Shown: positions 1 through 12,661 of the stretch, piece by piece | Layout: the number at the start of each line of letters is the position of its first letter | How positions within the stretch are numbered: the stretch's first letter is position 1 | Assembly: GCF_001194135.2 (NCBI RefSeq) | Contig: NC_068984.1 | Coordinates: 64,025,628-64,089,627, forward strand | Direction: 5' to 3' | Source: Octopus bimaculoides | Taxonomy: Eukaryota | Length of the DNA stretch: 64,000 nt | The notes under the pieces: model-generated | The model's database searches: none | What the model saw: only the letters and a program-made list of their open reading frames with translations | Told to the model about the DNA's origin: nothing | Position numbers and translations under genes: made by a program

Positions 1-50
<50 letters not shown>

Positions 51-84
51 AGAATATACATGTATGTATATGTGTATATTCATA

Positions 85-235
85 TCTATTATATAAAAGT
101 CCTTGTCTTTATATGTGTCCATGTGTTACTTATAAATTCGAAAACTACTGCACCGATCCTAATGAAATTTGGAACACAAAATCCAAGCCTAGGGTGTATG
201 ATAATGCTGTGTGTTTCATACAATTTTATGGACTA
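85..235 (+). mobile_element. Probable 5' end of a non-autonomous Helitron-like element
   Basis: A|TC junction at 84/85 followed by TCTATTATATAAAAG...AACTACTGCACCGATCCTAATGAAATTTGG, which resembles the 5' region of invertebrate non-autonomous Helitrons. No 3' hairpin/CTRR end was found. Confidence 0.45.
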
Positions 236-289
236 AAATTACTGAATGAATCCTTATGATATTTGGAACTTAGATTCAATGCATAAGGG

Positions 290-1057
290 CAGATGTAATT
301 CATGATGTTTGGTTTTCCTTGGACGATCGATATGCGTGTAATCCACCTTCCAAAAGTCTATTGTTAATTGTTCTTCGATGCACAATGATGTTCTCTTCCA
401 TTAATTCGCAAGAAATCTTACTATATGATGCTCTTCTATTGTTGAGAGATATTCTTTTTATTTTTCTATCAATCCTAGAGGTTGTTACTCGTTTCCTACC
501 ACAGTTACCAACCATATTTACCATCAAATCCGCGTTCTTATCCATTTATTTCTTAATTGCACTAATTGTCTGAGTTGAAACATTTAGTTTCTTTGCAATG
601 TCTCTCTGTTTAAATCAGGCATCCCCCAAATACACTTCTATTTGTCCAATTTTATGGGGACTAGGATCTCTTTGTTTACGCATCTCGGCCTGGAATTGAA
701 ATACTACTTTATACATTAAGTGCAACTCACTTCATGAATTTGGAACTAATGCAACACCGAGTAATTAAAAACTCATTAGAACATAAAGGAGCACCCTGCA
801 CCGACCACTTCTCAACTATATGGGCTGCAGCAGCTGAGTTGCTTAATGCGATTTCGTGTTGTCACACAATAGTAGCTCATTATTGCCAGATATCACGGGA
901 AATGCGTATAAGCCGAAGCCAAAATCAAAGTCAGAGAATGTACACTCGTAACTGTGTGAAAATTAAAATGATTTAAACTTTTTCGTCTCATTTCAATAAT
1001 CAAAGAAGCAAAATATATAATGTTTTCTAAAAATCCATAATAATGTTGTCAGTACTG
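290..1057 (-). mobile_element. Tc1-family DNA transposon, 5' half, with pseudogenised transposase N-terminus
   Basis: The minus frame from ATG at 683 reads MRKQRD...DIAKKLNVSTQTISAIKK*MDK...GRKRVTTSRIDRKIKRISLNNRR...HRRTINNRLLEGGLHAYR (paired-like HTH plus GRKR linker of Tc1 transposases), with 2 in-frame stops. A TIR-like CAGTACTGACAACATTATT starts at 1057 next to (TA)n. Confidence 0.85.
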
Positions 1058-1479
1058 CCTATATATATATATATNNNNNNNNNNNNNNNNNNNNNNNNNN
1101 NNNNNNNNNNNNNNNNNNNNNNNNNNNNNNNNNNNNNNNNNNNNNNNNNNNNNNNNNNNNNNNNNNNNNNNNNNNNNNNNNNNNNNNNNNNNNNNATATA
1201 TAATTATGATAATAATATTAGGGAAAAATTCCAAATTTACAGGGAAAAATTCAATTTGATTTATCAACATTAAATTAAATTTCACAATATATAATATATA
1301 AATATATAATTTAGAGAAAAAAACACAATTGTTTAATTCATCCATGAAAATCCACAATCACATATACAAACATTTAATAAGTAAATTCACTAAAAGGACC
1401 CATAATAAAAATCAAAAATGTAATAAATAGATTTATTACTAAGTAATAAATATTAAAATAGTAAAAATGACTACACGTG

Positions 1480-1583
1480 TTTCATAACCATATTTTCAAA
1501 TAGAATATAAGATAAAAATCAAATCGATTCAAAATAAATCGATCGAAAATCAATTCTATTCAAGAAGGTTTTGATCGTCCCTA
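1480..1583 (-). mobile_element. Possible terminus of a hAT-type non-autonomous element
   Basis: The minus strand begins TAGGGACGATC followed by repeated ATCGAT subterminal motifs. The partner end was not found and may lie in the 1075-1195 gap. Confidence 0.3.
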
Positions 1584-3631
1584 GGTTATAGTAGAACGAC
1601 ACTTGCTCAAATCACCACAATGCCACACTTGCTCGTGTATAAGCTTTTTGTATTTCTATTTCAAATATATAATTATGTTAATGGGTTCGCTTTATAATTA
1701 AATGGATGTTGGTAAATGACGGAAACATGAAAGTAGAACAAAGTTTATTTGACATCTTGCTATGTTCCGTTCAGTTAAGACGTTGAAATCTTCCCATCTT
1801 CGATAGCCCTTCCTTCTCTCCAAAGACTCGAAATAAAGTAATGAAGTTCAAGTACTGCATAGATTCTACTATATTTATTTACCAACAAGGTTGTTGAATT
1901 TGTCTAAAGCTAGGTACCAGAAGCATCTATTTCAATACTATTTATTTAGATATTGATTCTTAGTTTTGTTATACGGCTACATATTTGGCTGGCGATGAAA
2001 AGCCGAACACATCAACTCCAACTGATATCTATTTAACAATAAGATAAATGATCAAATCACCAATGTGTTGAATCAATGCTTTAGTTTATTAGACGCCCAG
2101 GAGCTCAACATTCATATTCTCTACGTGTTTGGGTTTTTATTAATTGCTGGTATTGTGTTTCATCTTAGGAAGTTATACTTAAATTGGTTCGATTATCTTA
2201 ACCGTCAGAAACAGATGCACTAATTCCGTGTACTTCCTCTGTTGTAGACTGGGGTTGTCGTATCTAATACAGAAGAACTAATCGTTTAAGTTGATATGGG
2301 GAATCAAAAACGGACATGTAATAATATCAAATATTGGTGTTCAAAGATTATCGGCGCTGAACTCTATGTTTAAAACTCTTCTTTTGCAATTACTGAGTTA
2401 AATGAGAGACTGTTTAGTGGCATTAAATGTGTAACGTCACTGCGATAATATTGACTGATTACAGAAGCACAGCATTTTAATCAAGAGTGTGACACCTTAT
2501 AATAAAAGCTATTACTATGCTTCAGTATTTAATACACAACTAAATTACTGCCAACTGAAGATTACATGGATAATAGAACACTCAAATAGAAATTACCTGA
2601 AGAAATATTGTTTTAAAATGGGATGTATATAATGCACATGAGATTTATTGCCTTTATTGCATGGATTCGCTTTAGAGTTAAGAGTATAAATACATTAATA
2701 AAACAAATCGAAATTGTTCGAGTCACTATATAGCTGTTTACATAAAACTCACTATTTAATTACTGATCTTTATAAATGGAAAATAGATTTTAAATAGATT
2801 ATACAAGTTTATGAAAGAAAGAAGGAAGAAATGCTTAGAACAAATGACGACTCTTGACATTTCCGAATCTTATATAAATACTTACAAAAGTACTGTTAAA
2901 ATTAAGTGTATTTAATTTGCCCAGGATTCAGCTATAATACTATAGAACGCGTATTCCTAATTTGAAACGCAATATATGTTTACTTAAATCTAAGCAAATA
3001 ACTACAAACTACTAAAAGAAGCAAGGTATCACAGTTGATTTGTTATGAGCTTGAGCTATACTTTACCCTATATTGTTTTTTATTGGATAATTAATTCACT
3101 TTTTACACATTATAGTATTGATTAATTCATATATCTGAAAGCCACATGTTGCAAACATTAACGGAGTACTAAAATATTTGATTTCGATCTGCAAATAATC
3201 CCGGGTTCGAACATTATTTTCACCGTCCCTTCTTTGATAGAATAAATACATGAAACACGCCAGACTGATTGAAAAGTATTGAACAGTTTTCCGATACAAA
3301 ATTAGCTTTTTTAATATTCATTCTATATTATTATTAATACGCTCTCTCAAAAACACTTTAGATAATAGGCTAACCATATTTCCTTAATATTAAAGCACAA
3401 ATGAAAGGAAGGATTATTGCAACCATTCTGAAATCTTCTTGTTTCTGTTCGTTAGTAGCATTGAAAATTAGATTATATCAAATGTCAATAATCTATAAAT
3501 GTCCATTATAAGATATATTACTAATAAACCATTAACCTTGAGGTCACGGTACGCGAAAGATATGTATCATAAAATGTCAAATCGGGACTAATTAGATATT
3601 TTTATAGATACGAATTAGAAACCTCATTAGA

Positions 3632-3689
<58 letters not shown>

Positions 3690-5441
3690 NNNNNNNNNNC
3701 ACTCAGATGGAAGATGTGACTATTTTTTTAATTATTTTAGATGAATGCAAACATGAGATTAATATAACTAAATATTTCGCAAGTTAGTGTTAAACATTTT
3801 GCAACCATCATTAAAAGCTAAGCTTACTAAAAATAAATATACGATGAGTAAAAAGGATGTGTGTTAGATTTTTAAAATCTTTTCGTCATGTATGAGAAAT
3901 AATTCTGAACATATTTTTTGTATTACTAATGTCTTCGGCGAAACTTAACTACTGCACCTGCCGAAATAGTCATCAGGGAATAAAAAAGTTAATATACACT
4001 GAATAAATGTACATTACATGATTTATAAAGCTATTGGTGCTAATGTTTGTCTGCATTCGATATTTATAGAAGAATTCCGAAACAAAAACATCTATAGCAT
4101 CATTACGAAATTCAACACAGCTCAATTCTGAGCAGAATTGACTTGGAAAAGATTTACTTAGTGCAAGATCGAAGATCCATATAGGAAACATGTGTGTTTG
4201 CCAGGTGTATCCCGTGGACTTCATTGTGTGGTTATACACAATAACGTGCCTGATATATTTCTTACAGATGAAATAGGGAGAAGCAGAACTCAATAAGTTA
4301 ATGCAGCAAACATGTTTGGTGAGCAAATATTTGCCGAACAGTTGATTGTCCTAGTTTTATATAGAATGAAACCGACTTCAGCATTTGAGTGGTCTTTACT
4401 TTATCGACACTCAAAGAAAAATGGAGAGCAAGGTTGTCCTTGGCAGGATTGGATTCAAAATGTAGGGGTATATAGTCGAATCCTACATATAAAAGCCTTC
4501 GGCAATACTGAGGTTTGTAGTATCTGATTTCCATTCAAACATTCGTGGTGAGGCAATTTAGACCTGTAGATTACTGGTTTGTGTACCAGAAGAGACTTTG
4601 TCGAAATAGTACCTTTGTTAAAGTGATGGAATAATTTTCGGGACTAGGCGACTGCATGCACTGGGTGTTGAGCGAAATGGAATGGAAAAAATCGCATAAA
4701 AACACTGTGCTGAGTTGAAGGGTGAAATTGCTTCCTTTTACTGTATGGAGGATTATTACAAATCCCTATTTATTTTTACTTAGGTGTTAGCTATTCTGTT
4801 TCCGAGTGTGATGCGATTAATAAAATAAAGAACTTGGAATTTGTATGATGCACGAAGATATTCCTCGCTTCCTTATAGTCGTTGAAGTGATATATATGAG
4901 TTTCCTAGTACAAGATGACACAGTTTCCTTTGAAGGAGATCTGGCAGATAATTAAAGCAATTTTAGCAACATGAACCGGCTCTTTTATTTCTTCTTTACG
5001 CAGGTGTACTGTCAGAGTGAAAGTATGAGTGAAACACCTAGTTTTGATGCAATGATCATTGAATATACGAGTATTGTAAAGTGAAATAAATAAGTTTAAC
5101 AATCATGAAGTACGCATGTTCTCTGTATAAGTGTCATAAAACTGGGATTTATCCACCCAGTTTCTATATTTGGTGTAAATAAAGGAGTTGGTGTAACGTA
5201 TCATGCTTTGCTACAATAAGCAGACCTCACTGTTTCAGTTAACATTTGTCGGGTGATCCAGTGGATGTAGTAATGATGCTGGGTATGGAAAGTGAAATAA
5301 TAAAAATGGGACATTACTCTTGACTGTTCAAGAAGTCGGTGTATGGGTTAAAGAAACCGGTGAACGAGGATACTAACTAGATACTAAAAAATGAATGAAA
5401 ATAATTATGATTATTTAGTGGTAAGTGCTTAATAATATGGT

Positions 5442-5572
5442 AGCAGTATTTACAGGTGGTGTGTATTTTGTAAAAACTGCGTACAATTCAGAATTTTATT
5501 ATGCAAGAACAATTGGTGTAAATATTATATACTAATATTGTAATAAAGCTGTAGGGAAGCGAATGAAATGAT
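5442..5572 (+). repeat. Direct repeat copy A (about 130 bp) abutting the 5' truncation point of the HERO-like element
   Basis: Aligns to 7818-7949 at roughly 80% identity by eye (e.g. cgtacaattcaga, gaacaattgg, atatactaatattgt, agggaa..gaat.aaatgat shared). Confidence 0.85.
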
Positions 5573-5574
5573 AG

Positions 5575-7817
5575 GGTCAAAATGGAAGAACTTGAAGATC
5601 AACGACCGATTAATGTGAGTGGAAGAAGCACACATTCCGAAAGAGCAGACCAATATCACTTCTCAATTGGAAAGAAAAGTCGTCTCTGTTATGTCGGCGA
5701 TAAGTATTTGGATATGTATGTTCAGAAGGGAGGCGTCATTGGAGTATCGGATTGTGTAGAACATGTCTCAATGATCTGGGAGGCAACACAAAGGGCTAGA
5801 GCAGAAAGAGAAATATTGATGTCGCATGGTTCGATCTGAAGAATGCCTACAGTTTGGTCCCACACATAATGATTCAACTACTCCAAAGAAAGACCATCGA
5901 GAAATAAAGGTATTTTCGTGGTTTCACTACGCTATTCTCCCCCAAAGAGTAAACAACCGCTAGGATCAACTTGGCTGTGGGCATAGCAATGGAACGTGCA
6001 CTCGACTTTATAATGTTTATCTTGGCAACAGAGGACGTCTTGAGGGCAGCAGTGTGATGGTCAACTCCAACAGAACTTGGAGAGGAGAAATTTTGGATAC
6101 CACCTCTAACAGCCTTCATGGAGGACACTATTAGCTGAACCAGTCGTGTTCACGGCTCCCAATCAAAATATCCCAACAATGGCTGAAGAGCCAGTCAAAG
6201 CTTCAGAAGATGATATGACGACACCCTGAAAGATACGAAAAGAGAAACCAAAGCAAAAAAATAGAGGGAAATGGTCGCAAGTTTATAGACCAGTCTGGCC
6301 ACTCAGGCAAACACAAGGTTTGGTGTTTGCAGTTCAAGTTTAATCCTAAAGCTTTTCTAGCCTCTGCTGATTTATCATGTCAATACTAGCAAAGTGGAAG
6401 CTATGGAAGCCAAAATCAGAAAGTGTACGATAATGGCTTAGAGTCCCAGCCGGCTTTGCCGATATTGCACTCTAATTGTCGCTCTGCAAGCTGAAGCTAC
6501 ATCTTAAGTACATAGTTCAGTAATACACATTCGGTAAAACAAAACACTAAACCATTATTTAGGACGCGAAAGACAAGGCCGTAAGGCATTCTCTTCCTTC
6601 TTTACATGCTTAATGGAAACCTTTCAGAGAAATAATTATTTGTCTGATCATAATGGGACACACTCAAAACAAATGGAATGGTTATCAGACGCCAGGGGAA
6701 AGATGAAGAGAGATCTGATTTTACGGTAGAAAATCAGAGAGATCCGATTTTTCTTATGCTATAATAATCTGGAAGGTAGAACAGCAAGTCATCGGGACCA
6801 CTGCACCACGTGAGCAGGGGAATTCCAGAAGTGCCTCAAGTGGAACGACTTGTGGAATATAGCACCTTTTAGAATATATTTCATCCTTAGATCTCTTTAT
6901 AATCTCTTGTCTTCAAATAAAATCCTAGAAGTACAAACAGATGCCCAAGAAGATCGTACACGGGATATGGAGGCAATAGCAAAAGCAGAAACTCCAAGAA
7001 TATTCGACAGAGGAGGAGACAGCAAATCATGGCAAGGAGGAACTATGCCATACATAGCATGGGGGTGCGGATGACTTTGAGTGTTCAGCAGACCTTCCAA
7101 GATCAATAGACAATCAGAAACTGTCAGGAAGAGAAATTTGAGGCGCGATACCATGCTCCATTCCAGTCAATCAATGCAAATGAGTTTGAATTCACCGTGC
7201 TTTTTAAAAATAGAATAGAAGCAAACGTGTTCATGATCGAAGAACACGCCATTCTAGCCAATAAACCGAGGCAAGCCACCGCCCGAGTCAAGGATCTCAC
7301 CATAGAAATTGGACCCAGAGGTTTTGTGGCAAATATGCTCAGGATCGTCTCTGGGAAGAACAGAACGAAAGCTCTAACGGCAATATCAGAGAAAAGGTTA
7401 ATGTTTCCGGCTTGATCTGGTTGAGGAGGAACACAACGACCTCCATACTGTTTGAAGGCAATATTTTTTTGTATTTTAATGCTAAGAGAAATAAAACCTG
7501 AGTGAGTCATTGTGATAACGTTGACGTTTCATCGCTATCATGACAACAAACGTTATTTCTTATTTAAATATGATGCTGGAAGCTGAGTCAACTGAGAGGA
7601 GTTACAAGCAGATAAAACACCAAGCGGTTTAAATGCACGCTTTTGATATCCAAATGGTTAAAAAGTGTTAGCAATAGAGCACGCGTATGTCATAACCTGA
7701 ATGCAATCCGCCCCCTTACCGTGTAAGGATTTAAGGACCAAAACATTTGCCTGAGGTAGGTTTCGTCTCTGAAGACCTGCTGCTCAGCTCTCTTGAGGGT
7801 TTCTTACCACTCACAGC
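5575..7817 (+). mobile_element. 5'-truncated, decayed HERO-like (R2 superfamily, RLE endonuclease) non-LTR retrotransposon
   Basis: Ordered motifs across frameshifts: KYLDMYVQKGGVIGVSDCVEH; VAWFDLKNAYSLVPH (5821); PPLTAFMED (6100-6126, YADD-equivalent FMDD); GKHKVWCLQF (~6310); KWNDLWNIAPFRIYFILRSLYNLL (~6840); RLE region NLRRDTMLHS, EFTVLF, EIGPRGF, IWLRRN (~7135-7435); then a 3' UTR. Clade assignment is from recalled HERO motifs. Confidence 0.85.
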
Positions 7818-7949
7818 AGCAGCATTTACAAGTAGTGTGTATTTTTACTTCAAAACTACGTACAATTCAGACTTTTAGCAGGAACAATTGGCTTGAATAT
7901 CATATACTAATATTGTTATAAAAAAAGGAAGGGAACTGAATTAAATGAT
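7818..7949 (+). repeat. Direct repeat copy B following the HERO-like 3' UTR
   Basis: Homologous to 5442-5572; contains an A-run at 7920-7926. Confidence 0.85.
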
Positions 7950-10279
7950 TTATACCTCAAAGTTAGGAATACACTTATTTACTTTTCATTTGCTTGTTGT
8001 CGATAATATGTGTCAAGGAATTTACTGCGTCTTAAACATTAAACTAGGTTTTCCAAGCATTCTGTTGAATGGCTTTGAGCCAAAAAGAGAAACTGTATAG
8101 TTCTTACATCAATATAATGTAGTGCAATTGGATGGCTGTGGAGGAACATATTGAATCAAATCCCATCAAGAAAGTGATTCCTTTCATATTTCTGAAACAG
8201 AATTATGTGTATGAAGTTTTGTTATACACAAACTATCTCAACTTGTTTTTGTTTTTGTTTGTTTCTGACATCCATTATTTTGTTAGAGTATATGTATGCG
8301 GAGGACACATCTACAATATAACTATTGATCGAATAGCTTTGCTGTAGGCTCTTATTTTCCTCTAAATCATTGCATTCTCTTTTAGATACAGCATCAGTAT
8401 TGTAACCATACTACAAAAAATTACAGTTATTCAAGGTACACTTTTCTATTAAACATGTTACATTTGCAGTGCTATACTATTAGCATTAAGCAATGCGTAA
8501 CAAAAACGGGGGAGCACCATTCTTCTGATTCTACATACAGAAGTGTATGTTTGTGTAAGGGATATTATATATATNNNNNNNNNNNNNNNNNNNNNNNNNN
8601 NNNNNNNNNNNNNNNNNNNNNNNNNNNNNNNNNNNNNNNNNNNNNNNNNNNNNNNNNNNNNNNNNNNNNNNNNNNNNNNNNNNNNNNNNNNNNNNNNNNN
8701 NNNNNNNNNNNNNNNNNNNNNNNNNNNNNNNNNNNNNNNNNNNNNNNNNNNNNNNNNNNNNNNNNNNNNNNNNNNNNNNNNNNNNNNNNNNNNNNNNNNN
8801 NNNNNNNNNNNNNNNNNNNNNNNNNNNNNNNNNNNNNNNNNNNNNNNNNNNNNNNNNNNNNNNNNNNNNNNNNNNNNNNNNNNNNNNNNNNNNNNNNNNN
8901 NNNNNNNNNNNNNNNNNNNNNNNNNNNNNNNNNNNNNNNNNNNNNNNNNNNNNNNNNNNNNNNNNNNNNNNNNNNNNNNNNNNNNNNNNNNNNNNNNNNN
9001 NNNNNNNNNNNNNNNNNNNNNNNNNNNNNNNNNNNNNNNNNNNNNNNNNNNNNNNNNNNNNNNNNNNNNNNNNNNNNNNNNNNNNNNNNNNNNNNNNNNN
9101 NNNNNNNNNNNNNNNNNNNNNNNNNNNNNNNNNNNNNNNNNNNNNNNNNNNNNNNNNNNNNNNNNNNNNNNNNNNNNNNNNNNNNNNNNNNNNNNNNNNN
9201 NNNNNNNNNNNNNNNNNNNNNNNNNNNNNNNNNNNNNNNNNNNNNNNNNNNNNNNNNNNNNNNNNNNNNNNNNNNNNNNNNNNNNNNNNNNNNNNNNNNN
9301 NNNNNNNNNNNNNNNNNNNNNNNNNNNNNNNNNNNNNNNNNNNNNNNNNNNNNNNNNNNNNNNNNNNNNNNNNNNNNNNNNNNNNNNNNNNNNNNNGTGT
9401 GAGTTGGGAGTATTGCTGTCTGAGAGATATATTATGGTAGTGGAATATTATTTAACTGCTATTTCTAAATTTCGGTATGTGGTGAAGCAATTTTGCTGAT
9501 CCCTAATTATGATTATGCTTATAATTATAAAGATGTTTGTATGAGTTTACCAATAATGGTTCTTTTAACATAACAAACTACTTGGTAAAATTAATTATTA
9601 ATTATTAATGTTTCCTTATATCTGCATATATATATGCATATATATGCATGTATATATATGTGTGTGTGCGCGTGTGTGTATGTGTATGCATAAAAGAAGT
9701 AAAAGAAAATGGAGATTAGGGAATTAATGGAGGCAAATTAATCGTCATCCTTAGCAGCTGTTTCAATCAATACTCAGTAAATATTAAGTAGATATTAAAT
9801 TTCAATGACCTGGGCATAATATCTTCAGAGAGAAGAGTACCCTTGGATGTTTTATATGTGTTTATGAATTCATTATAGCAGACTGAATGATACTGTTTAT
9901 GATTTGTATTGTTATATGTCCGGGTGAGGGGTTTGCAGCTTCATTGGAGATAGAGTAGGTAAAGAGAACTACAACAATAATTGAATAAATTAAATAAAGA
10001 TGATTGAGGAAACTTAAATATAAATAAGGAATATTTATAGTTATTGAAAGAATGGAATGTTTGTTTATAAGATATGTTAAGAAGATTTGTATATATACAA
10101 GTACGCACGCATACATATACACAGAGATACATGCATATCCTCGCATATTATAAATACATCCACACGTACACACATATCTGCGCAAATACGTATGTACGCA
10201 TATATACTCTTAAACTATTATATACATGCATATTATATTGTAAAATCTATTTGCCAAAGTAAGGTGGGAGTCATGCATA

Positions 10280-10320
<41 letters not shown>

Positions 10321-11279
10321 NNNNNNNNNNNNNNNNNNNNNNNNNNNNNNNNNNNNNNNNNNNNNNNNNNNNNNNNNNNNNNNNNNNNNNNNNNNNNNNN
10401 NNNNNNNNNNNNNNNNNNNNNNNNNNNNNNNNNNNNNNNNNNNNNNNNNNNNNNNNNNNNNNNNNNNNNNNNNNNNNNNNNNNNNNNNNNNNNNNNNNNN
10501 NNNNNNNNNNNNNNNNNNNNNNNNNNNNNNNNNNNNNNNNNNNNNNNNNNNNNNNNNNNNNNNNNNNNNNNNNNNNNNNNNNNNNNNNNNNNNNNNNNNN
10601 NNNNNNNNNNNNNNNNNNNNNNNNNNNNNNNNNNNNNNNNNNNNNNNNNNNNNNNNNNNNNNNNNNNNNNNNNNNNNNNNNNNNNNNNNNNNNNNNNNNN
10701 NNNNNNNNNNNNNNNNNNNNNNNNNNNNNNNNNNNNNNNNNNNNNNNNNNNNNNNNNNNNNNNNNNNNNNNNNNNNNNNNNNNNNNNNNNNNNNNNNNNN
10801 NNNNNNNNNNNNNNNNNNNNNNNNNNNNNNNNNNNNNNNNNNNNNNNNNNNNNNNNNNNNNNNNNNNNNNNNNNNNNNNNNNNNNNNNNNNNNNNNNNNN
10901 NNNNNNNNNNNNNNNNNNNNNNNNNNNNNNNNNNNNNNNNNNNNNNNNNNNNNNNNNNNNNNNNNNNNNNNNNNNNNNNNNNNNNNNNNNNNNNNNNNNN
11001 NNNNNNNNNNNNNNNNNNNNNNNNNNNNNNNNNNNNNNNNNNNNNNNNNNNNNNNNNNNNNNNNNNNNNNNNNNNNNNNNNNNNNNNNNNNNNNNNNNNN
11101 NNNNNNNNNNNNNNNNNNNNNNNNNNNNNNNNNNNNNNNNNNNNNNNNNNNNNNNNNNNNNNNNNNNNNNNNNNNNNNNNNNNNNNNNNNNNNNNNNNNN
11201 NNNNNNNNNNNNNNNNNNNNNNNNNNNNNNNNNNNNNNNNNNNNNNNNNNNNNNNNNNNNNNNNNNNNNNNNNNNNNNN

Positions 11280-11545
11280 ATGCAAGACATGGATGCGGAG
11301 GTCTTCAAGACAAAACTTGACGCTTTCCTCTCCACGATACCAGACGAACCAATGGCTCGTAATGAGACGCAGTTTAGGGCAGCTGTGTCAAATTCTCTTA
11401 TACACCAAATGTGCCATCAAAACTCTCGATTGGACCATGTCAGGTGGGGGAGAAGAGCCATGCAAGGAACGTGAAAATCACGGTGGTGCACCAGCATGAC
11501 CGCAGCCACTTGGCTGAAACACATAAATAAATAAATAAATAAATA
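11280..11545 (+). mobile_element. 3' end of a CR1/L2-group LINE (ORF2 C-terminus, 3' UTR, (TAAA)n tail)
   Basis: ORF 11280-11474 reads FKTKLDAFLSTIPDEP...RAAVSNSLIHQ, typical of the ORF2 C-terminus of invertebrate CR1/L2-group LINEs. Hairpin CAGCC-ACTT-GGCTG lies at 11503-11516 and a (TAAA)n tail follows. The 5' part runs into the gap. Confidence 0.75.
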
Positions 11546-11660
11546 TATAAACATATACATATACAGATATGTATATATGTATGTATATATGTATGTATGT
11601 ATGTATGTATATATGTATCTATGTATGTATGGATGTGTGTATGCATGCATATATGTATGT

Positions 11661-11995
11661 GAAGACGCATGGCTCAGTGGTTAGAGCGTCGATCTTACGA
11701 CCGTGAAGTTGTGAGTTCGAATCCCGGAGAGGACTGCGTGTTGGGTGATTGAGCAAGACACATTATTTCACGTTGCTCCAGTTCACGCAGTTGTAGAAAT
11801 GAATTGCGACGTCACTGGTGCGAAGCTCTATCGGCCTTTGCTATTTCCATTGGATAACATCGGTGTCGTTGAGAGGGGAGGCTGGTATGTATGGGCGACT
11901 GCTGACCTTCCATAATCAACCTTGCCCGGACATGTGCCTCAGAGGCTAACATTCTAGGTGCGATTCCATGGCAATTAGTGACCGAAGGGAGCCTC
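11661..11995 (+). mobile_element. tRNA-derived SINE with a CORE/V-like central domain
   Basis: A box TGGCTCAGTGG (11670), B box GAGTTCGAATCCC (~11713), then TTGAGCAAGACACATTATTTC...GTAGAAATG resembling the conserved SINE central domain; followed by (TA)n. Confidence 0.8.
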
Positions 11996-11996
11996 C

Positions 11997-12038
<42 letters not shown>

Positions 12039-12039
<1 letters not shown>

Positions 12040-12168
12040 TCTTTTTTACTTTTTTACTCTTTTACTTGTTTCAGTCATTTGACTGCGGCCATGCTGGAGC
12101 ACCGCCTTTAGTCGAGCAAATCGACCCCAGGACTTATTCTTTGTAAGCCTAGTACTTATTCTATCGGT
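12039..12168 (-). mobile_element. 3' part of the dominant tRNA-SINE family (family A)
   Basis: Reverse complement matches 15237-15344, ending GGCGGTGCTCCAGCATGGCCGCAGTCAAATGACTGAAACAAGTAAAA plus a (GTAAAA)-like tail. Confidence 0.9.
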
Positions 12169-12444
12169 ACCATAATAAACACATTTTTACCGAACGCGAG
12201 GAAGTGCAAGTCTGAAAGCTAGCCCCTTAAAACAGACTGAATTATAGATCATTATTTCGTAGTTATTGTAGTATTATACAACTTCTACTCGTCACTATAA
12301 TATGGTCAATATACATAGACATAAACAGAAAATCAACATACCAAACGAACACCGTGTATCCAGTATAGTACACACACACACACANNNNNNNNNNNNNNNN
12401 NNNNNNNNNNNNNNNNNNNNNNNNNNNNNNNNNNNNNNNNNNNN

Positions 12445-12479
<35 letters not shown>

Positions 12480-12539
12480 TATATATATATTTACATTATT
12501 TAGTTTCGACGGATATTTGTCCTCATCTTGTTTATTGTT

Positions 12540-12585
12540 AACACAACGTTTCGGCTGATATACCCTCCAGCCTTCTTCAGGTGCC
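12540..12585 (-). ncRNA. Minimal type I hammerhead ribozyme motif in a Penelope-like terminal repeat
   Basis: Minus strand: GGCAC CTGAAGA A GGCTG gagggtatat CAGCC GAAA C GTT GTGTT. Core CUGANGA and GAAA are intact; stem II is 5 perfect bp; stem I is GGCAC/GTGTT (3 WC + 2 GU); stem III is reduced to the palindrome AACGTT; the cleavage triplet is GUU. Minimal HHRs in PLE repeats are established. Activity is untested. Confidence 0.7.
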
Positions 12586-12661
12586 TTGAGGAAATTTCCA
12601 ACCTGGGTTCTCATTCCTAAGGTATTGTTCGATGTTATTATTATTAGTATTATTATTATTG

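Noticed and set aside
7740-7800. CTGAAGA (plus) and GAAAC (minus) in the HERO 3' UTR as a possible hammerhead
   Set aside because: The core halves are on opposite strands or in non-pairing context; no consistent three-stem fold.
8122-8330. Two CGG-containing peptides (DGCGGTY, VCGGHIY) reminiscent of CUB domain starts
   Set aside because: Immediate stop or no downstream CUB residues, and no convincing splice sites.
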